Below, piece after piece: positions 59,636-64,000 of a stretch of DNA of 64,000 bases. The notes beneath the pieces were generated by a model. The model was not told the origin of the DNA, searched no databases, and saw only the letters and a program-made list of their open reading frames with translations. The stretch spans positions 46,406,484 to 46,470,483 of the forward strand of contig NC_083408.1 of assembly GCF_020745735.1 (NCBI RefSeq), given 5' to 3'. Each line of letters starts with the position of its first letter. Within the stretch, counting starts at the first letter, position 1. The stretch comes from Hemiscyllium ocellatum (lineage: Eukaryota). Both the position numbers and the translations under genes were made by a program.

Positions 59636-59848
59636 ATTGTTGTCAGGGCCCATTACCTTTGCAGTTGCCAGTGCCTCCAATCTTTTCTCGATATCACATA
59701 GAGTGAATCAAATTAACTGAAGACTGATATCACGATGCTGGGGACCACTTGAGGAAGCCAAGATGGATTATCTATTCGGCATTTCTGGATGAAGATTGTT
59801 GCGAATGATTCAGCCTTATCTTTTGCACCAATGTACTGAGCTCCCCAG

Positions 59849-60205
59849 TCATAGAGTTATAAAGCACAGAAACAGACCCTTCAGCCCAACTCGTCCATGC
59901 TGACCAGGTTTCCTAAACTGAAATGGACTCATTTGCCTGTGTTTGGTCCATATCCCTCTAAATCTTCCCTATCCACATGCCTATCCAAATGTCTTTGAGG
60001 TGTTGCAATGTACTTGCCTCTACCACTTCCTCTGGCAGCTCATTCCATACACTGTACACACCAACCTGTGTGAAAAAGTTACCCCTCTGGTCCCTTTTAG
60101 ATCTTTCCCCTCTCACCTTAAACCGATGCCCTCTCACCTAGAGAAAAACACCTTGGCTATTCACCTGATCTATGCCCTTCAAGATTTTATGAACCTCTAT
60201 AAGAT
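59849..60205 (-). mobile_element. CR1 3' fragment
   Basis: gtcatagagtt...cagacccttcagcccaactcgtccatgc...tttggtccatatccctctaa. Confidence 0.82.
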
Positions 60206-60989
60206 GCACTGTAGAAATTCATCAAGGTTCCTTAGAGAGCATCTTCTAAGCACAACGACCATCTAGAATTGGTAATACTAAATTGCCTATAGTGTTCAAG
60301 GATGTACAGGTTAGGTGTATTAGTCAGGGGAAATGTAGAGTAATAAGATAAGGGTCTGGGTAGGTTACTCTTTGGAGGGTCAGTGTTGGACCGAATGGCC
60401 TGTTTCTAAAAAAAAATGATAGAGGCAGCAGATGCATGGGAACATAAATAAGTTCCACTCCAGACCCCACACCATCCTAACTTGGAAACGTAATGCTGTT
60501 CCTTCACTGTCACAGTCAAAATCCTGGCACTCTCTCCCTATTAGCGCTGTGGGGGTAGCTATAACCCAAGGGCTCCAGCAGTACACAAAGCCAGCTCACT
60601 ATACTTTTTGAACTATAATTAATGACGTGAATGATGTAGGAACTCAATCCTCACTGTTGGCATTATTGTACATCACAAACCAGCCATCCAGCCAACTAAA
60701 CTAACTGACCTCTTGGCAACATAACAACTTTAATTGAGGTGGAACCCTCTACCCCAGTAAGTTGTTCAATTGCCCACCACTATTGACAACTGGATGTAGC
60801 AGGACTTCAGACCTTAGATCTGGCCCATTGATTATGAAATCACTTAGCTCTGCCTATAACTTGCTGTACATGTTGTTTGACATGCAAGTAGTCCTGTTTT
60901 GTACCTTCACCTGGTTGACATCTCATTTTCACTTATGCCTTTCACCGTTCCTGATATATCCTTCTACACTTTTCAATTAACCAGGGTTG

Positions 60990-61260
60990 AATCATAGAAT
61001 CCCTACAGTGTGGAAAGAGGCTATTCATCCATCAAGTCTGCATCCTCCGAAGAGCATGTCACCCAGAGTCCCCCAGTCTTATCCTGCAACCCTATATTTA
61101 GCATGGCCAATCCACCTAACCTGCACATCTTTGGACTGTGGGAAGCTACCGCTCAGTATAAATACACACAGACATGAGGAAGACTCCACACAGTCACCAA
61201 TGGCTGGAATTGAACCCAGGTCCCTGACACGGTGAGGCAGCAGTGCTAGCTACTGAGCCT
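60990..61260 (-). mobile_element. HE1-type SINE
   Basis: atcatagaatccctacagtgtggaa...tagcatggccaatccacctaacctgcacatctttggactgtggg...ggaattgaacccaggtccctg. Confidence 0.85.
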
Positions 61261-61731
61261 ACATCCTGCCTGTGGCTTGTTCCCATGGCTCAATGGTAAT
61301 CATTATCGATTAAGTCCACGGGTTAGGTCATGTAACACCAGTAAAACACATTACAAGTAATGAGCAAGCATTAATGTGAACCAACTGACTTCTGTGGTAT
61401 GTACAGCTTGCAGATACAAAGCAGACTAACTGCCAGACAGACTTCAACATCGTATATACACATGGAGACCTTGAAGGTGGTCTCTCTTAAAGGCAATATA
61501 CCCAAAGAATAGAGCTGACCTTGCTGTCTCCAGAAAAGATAAAACAGCCAGGCCCACCCATTCCAGGAAGGTACCCTAGAGTCAACAGTGTGTGCATGCA
61601 AAATAACTTCAGCTGCAGAATACCATTTGGGCAACCCATGAATAATGATTTTCTCCTGACTTTAATTATCACTTGGCCGCAATACTTTTAAGATAACATT
61701 TGCTGCTTTTTCACATTTCTTTTCTTTCTTC

Positions 61732-61912
61732 TGTGTGTGTATGTGTGTGTGAGAGAGAGAGAGAAAGAGAGAGTGAGAGTGAGTGTATTGGGGTATATAG
61801 GTTTGTGAGAGGGTGCATCTGTGGCTGTGAGTGTGGGGGGTGTCTGTGTGAGCAGATGAGAGCTTGTGTATGAGAGAGGGTCTGCGCGTGTGTGTGTGTG
61901 TGAGAGAGAGAG
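61732..61912. repeat. Compound (TG)n/(GA)n microsatellite region
   Basis: Read directly from the sequence. Confidence 0.85.
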
Positions 61913-62659
61913 ATTATCTTGCGCCTTTGTTTGAGCAAGTTTTAATTGTAATAAACTAGCTAATAAACACAGTCCAATATCAATGTAATGAGCAATATCA
62001 CTGCACCAATTCAATTAAATCTTTGTTATGACCAATGAGGGACTGGGACAGGGAAAGGAATCAGTGTGCCCCTTCAATCTCAGTTGTAACAGTATTCGTA
62101 AACAGTGTGAGATGTAGGTCAGGACAATCACATCCTGAAAGGATTGAATAGAATTGATTACATCCAAACTTGAACATTCAAAATACTGCACTTGTTGACA
62201 AATTATTGTTAGGCCAAAAATATTCTTTTGAATGATTGGTATGCTGTATTTATTCAATGATAGTTTATTGTGCTCAAAGAATCCTTCAGATTAGACTTAA
62301 GATTTTAGGTTTGGCATTTAGGAAGGACCCCTGCTTCAAGTGTCTCTTCAGATCAGCTGGAGTGACAGACATGATAATTAATTAATTTTGGAAATCATTA
62401 AGGGGTATTCAACAGCGGATTATTTAACAGGTTACATACGGCTAGGAACCTTTGGTGGGAGCCTGCTGAACAGACACGATTTCTGCTCCACTTGTACTTT
62501 TTTTCAAATAATTCTTTTATTATTTTTCAGTCATAATGTAATAGATTTCTTGTTGGTGCTATGATTTGTCAGTATGCTACAACTGTATATTCAATACTAT
62601 AAAAGTTCTTTTCATTTTGATAATAAAAGAGATGAAGGAGCAATGTTGTCCCAAATGAA

Positions 62660-63550
62660 ATAGAGTCATAGAGTCATAGAGATGTACAGCACGGAAACAG
62701 ACCCTTTGATCCAACCCATCCATGCCGACCAGATATCCCAACCTAATCTAGTCCCACCTGCCAGCACCCAGCCCATATCCCTCTAAATCCTTCCTATTCA
62801 CATACCCATTCAGATGCTTTTTAAATGTTGCAATTGTACCAGCCTTCACCACTTCCTCTGACAGTTCATCTACACACGTATCACCCTCTGCATGAAAACA
62901 TTGCCCCTTAGGTCTCTTTTATATCTCTCCCCTCTCACCCTAAACCTATGCCCTTCTAGTTCTGGACTCCCCCACCCTAGGGAAGAGACTTTGTCCATTT
63001 GTTATATCCATGCCCCTCATGACTTTATAAACCTCTATAAGGTCACCCCTCAGTGTCTGATGTTTCAGGGAAAAAAGTCCCTGCCTATTCAACCTCTCCC
63101 TATAGTTCAAATCCTCCAACCCTGGCAACATCCTTGTAGATCTTTTCTGAACCCTTTCAAGTTTCACAACATCATTCTGAAAGGAAGGAGAGCAGAATTG
63201 CAGAACTAATGTCCTGTATAGCCACAACATGACCTCCCAACTCCTGTTCTCAATACTTTGACCAATAAAGGAAAGCATACCTTCTTCACTGTCCTATCCA
63301 CCTACAACTCCACTTTCAAGGAGCTATAAACCTGCATTCCAAGGTCTCTTTGTTCAGCAACACTCTCTAGGACCTCCCCATTAAGTGTATAAGTCCTGTT
63401 AAGATTTGTTTTCCCAAAGTGCAGCACCTCGCAATTATCTAAATTAAACTCCATTTGCCACTCCTCAGCCCGTTGGCTCATCTGGTCAAGATCCCATTGT
63501 GATCTGAGGTAACCCTCTTCGCTGTCCGGTGCACCGCCAATTTTGGTATC
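62660..63550 (-). mobile_element. CR1 3' fragment
   Basis: ORF 62946-63278 (LYRTLV...KLERVQKRSTRMLPGLEDLNYRERL...RGDLIEVYKVMRG); (tagagtca)n tail. Confidence 0.92.
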
Positions 63551-63940
63551 ATAGATTCATAGAGTTATAGAGATGTACAGCACAGAAACAGACCTATCGG
63601 TCCAACTCATCCATGCCGAACAGATAGCTGAACCTAATTTCGACCCATTTGCCAGCACTTGACCCATATCCCTCTAAACCCTTCCTATTCATATACCCAT
63701 CCAGATGCCTGTAATATGCTGTAATATTACCAGCCTTTACCCCTTCCTCTGTCAATTCATCCCATATACACACCCTTTGCTCCTAACGTCCCTTTTAAAT
63801 CTTTCTCCTCTCACCTTAAATCTATGCCCGCCAGTTCTGAACTCCCCCGCTCCAGGGAAAAGACCTTGTTTATTTATGCTATCCATGCCCCCTCATGATT
63901 TTATAAACCTCTGTAAGGTAATCCCTCAGCCTCCGCCATC
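63551..63940 (-). mobile_element. Second CR1 3' fragment in tandem
   Basis: Repeats the 62660 tail pattern (atagagatgtacagcacagaaacagacc...ccatatccctctaaacccttcctattc). Confidence 0.88.
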
Positions 63941-64000
63941 TGTAAACTTATTAGCTATATTGCTTTTGCTCATAACCAAATCATTTATATGATCCTTGTG

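Larger units (their letters stand above)
58055..59845 (-). mobile_element. Old CR1/L2-clade LINE fragment with two nested insertions
   Basis: RT fragments VPQGSVLSPTMFSCF (58164-58391) and KVMGPDN...LKICAPELA, interrupted at about 58627-58940 and 59138-59635. Confidence 0.75.

Noticed and set aside
52900-64000. AVEN exons or CHRM5 upstream non-coding exons expected from synteny
   Set aside because: No CpG island or recognisable AVEN peptide; probably beyond the window. Non-coding exons cannot be called from sequence alone.

Overview
Vertebrate genomic DNA, most likely from a cartilaginous fish (shark). This is inferred from HE1-type SINEs, Deu-domain SINEs, CR1 LINEs and Penelope-like repeats. 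It contains four protein-coding genes. (1) The 3' part of KATNBL1 (+, six coding exons, 2575-12454). (2) A complete five-exon EMC7 (+, 19867-29064, 228 aa) starting in a CpG island. (3) An unnamed gene with two coding exons (+, 42037-44044, 281 aa) encoding a signal peptide, a single intronless fibrinogen-related domain (FReD) and a C-terminal HDEL ER-retrieval motif. (4) The intronless muscarinic receptor CHRM5 (-, 51088-52698). KATNBL1, EMC7 and CHRM5 have the same order and relative orientation as the human 15q14 block, where I know of no FReD gene between EMC7 and CHRM5. The rest is mostly decayed retroelements. Most interesting: a candidate ER-resident fibrinogen-domain protein; several TSD-flanked Penelope-derived insertions (mostly fold-back) carrying minimal hammerhead-ribozyme motifs, two apparently intact; a candidate 39-nt in-frame cassette exon in KATNBL1; substitutions at conserved CHRM5 positions; and a 134-bp locally templated insertion. 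Exon boundaries were read by hand. Repeat boundaries are approximate and family names come from recognition, not database searches.
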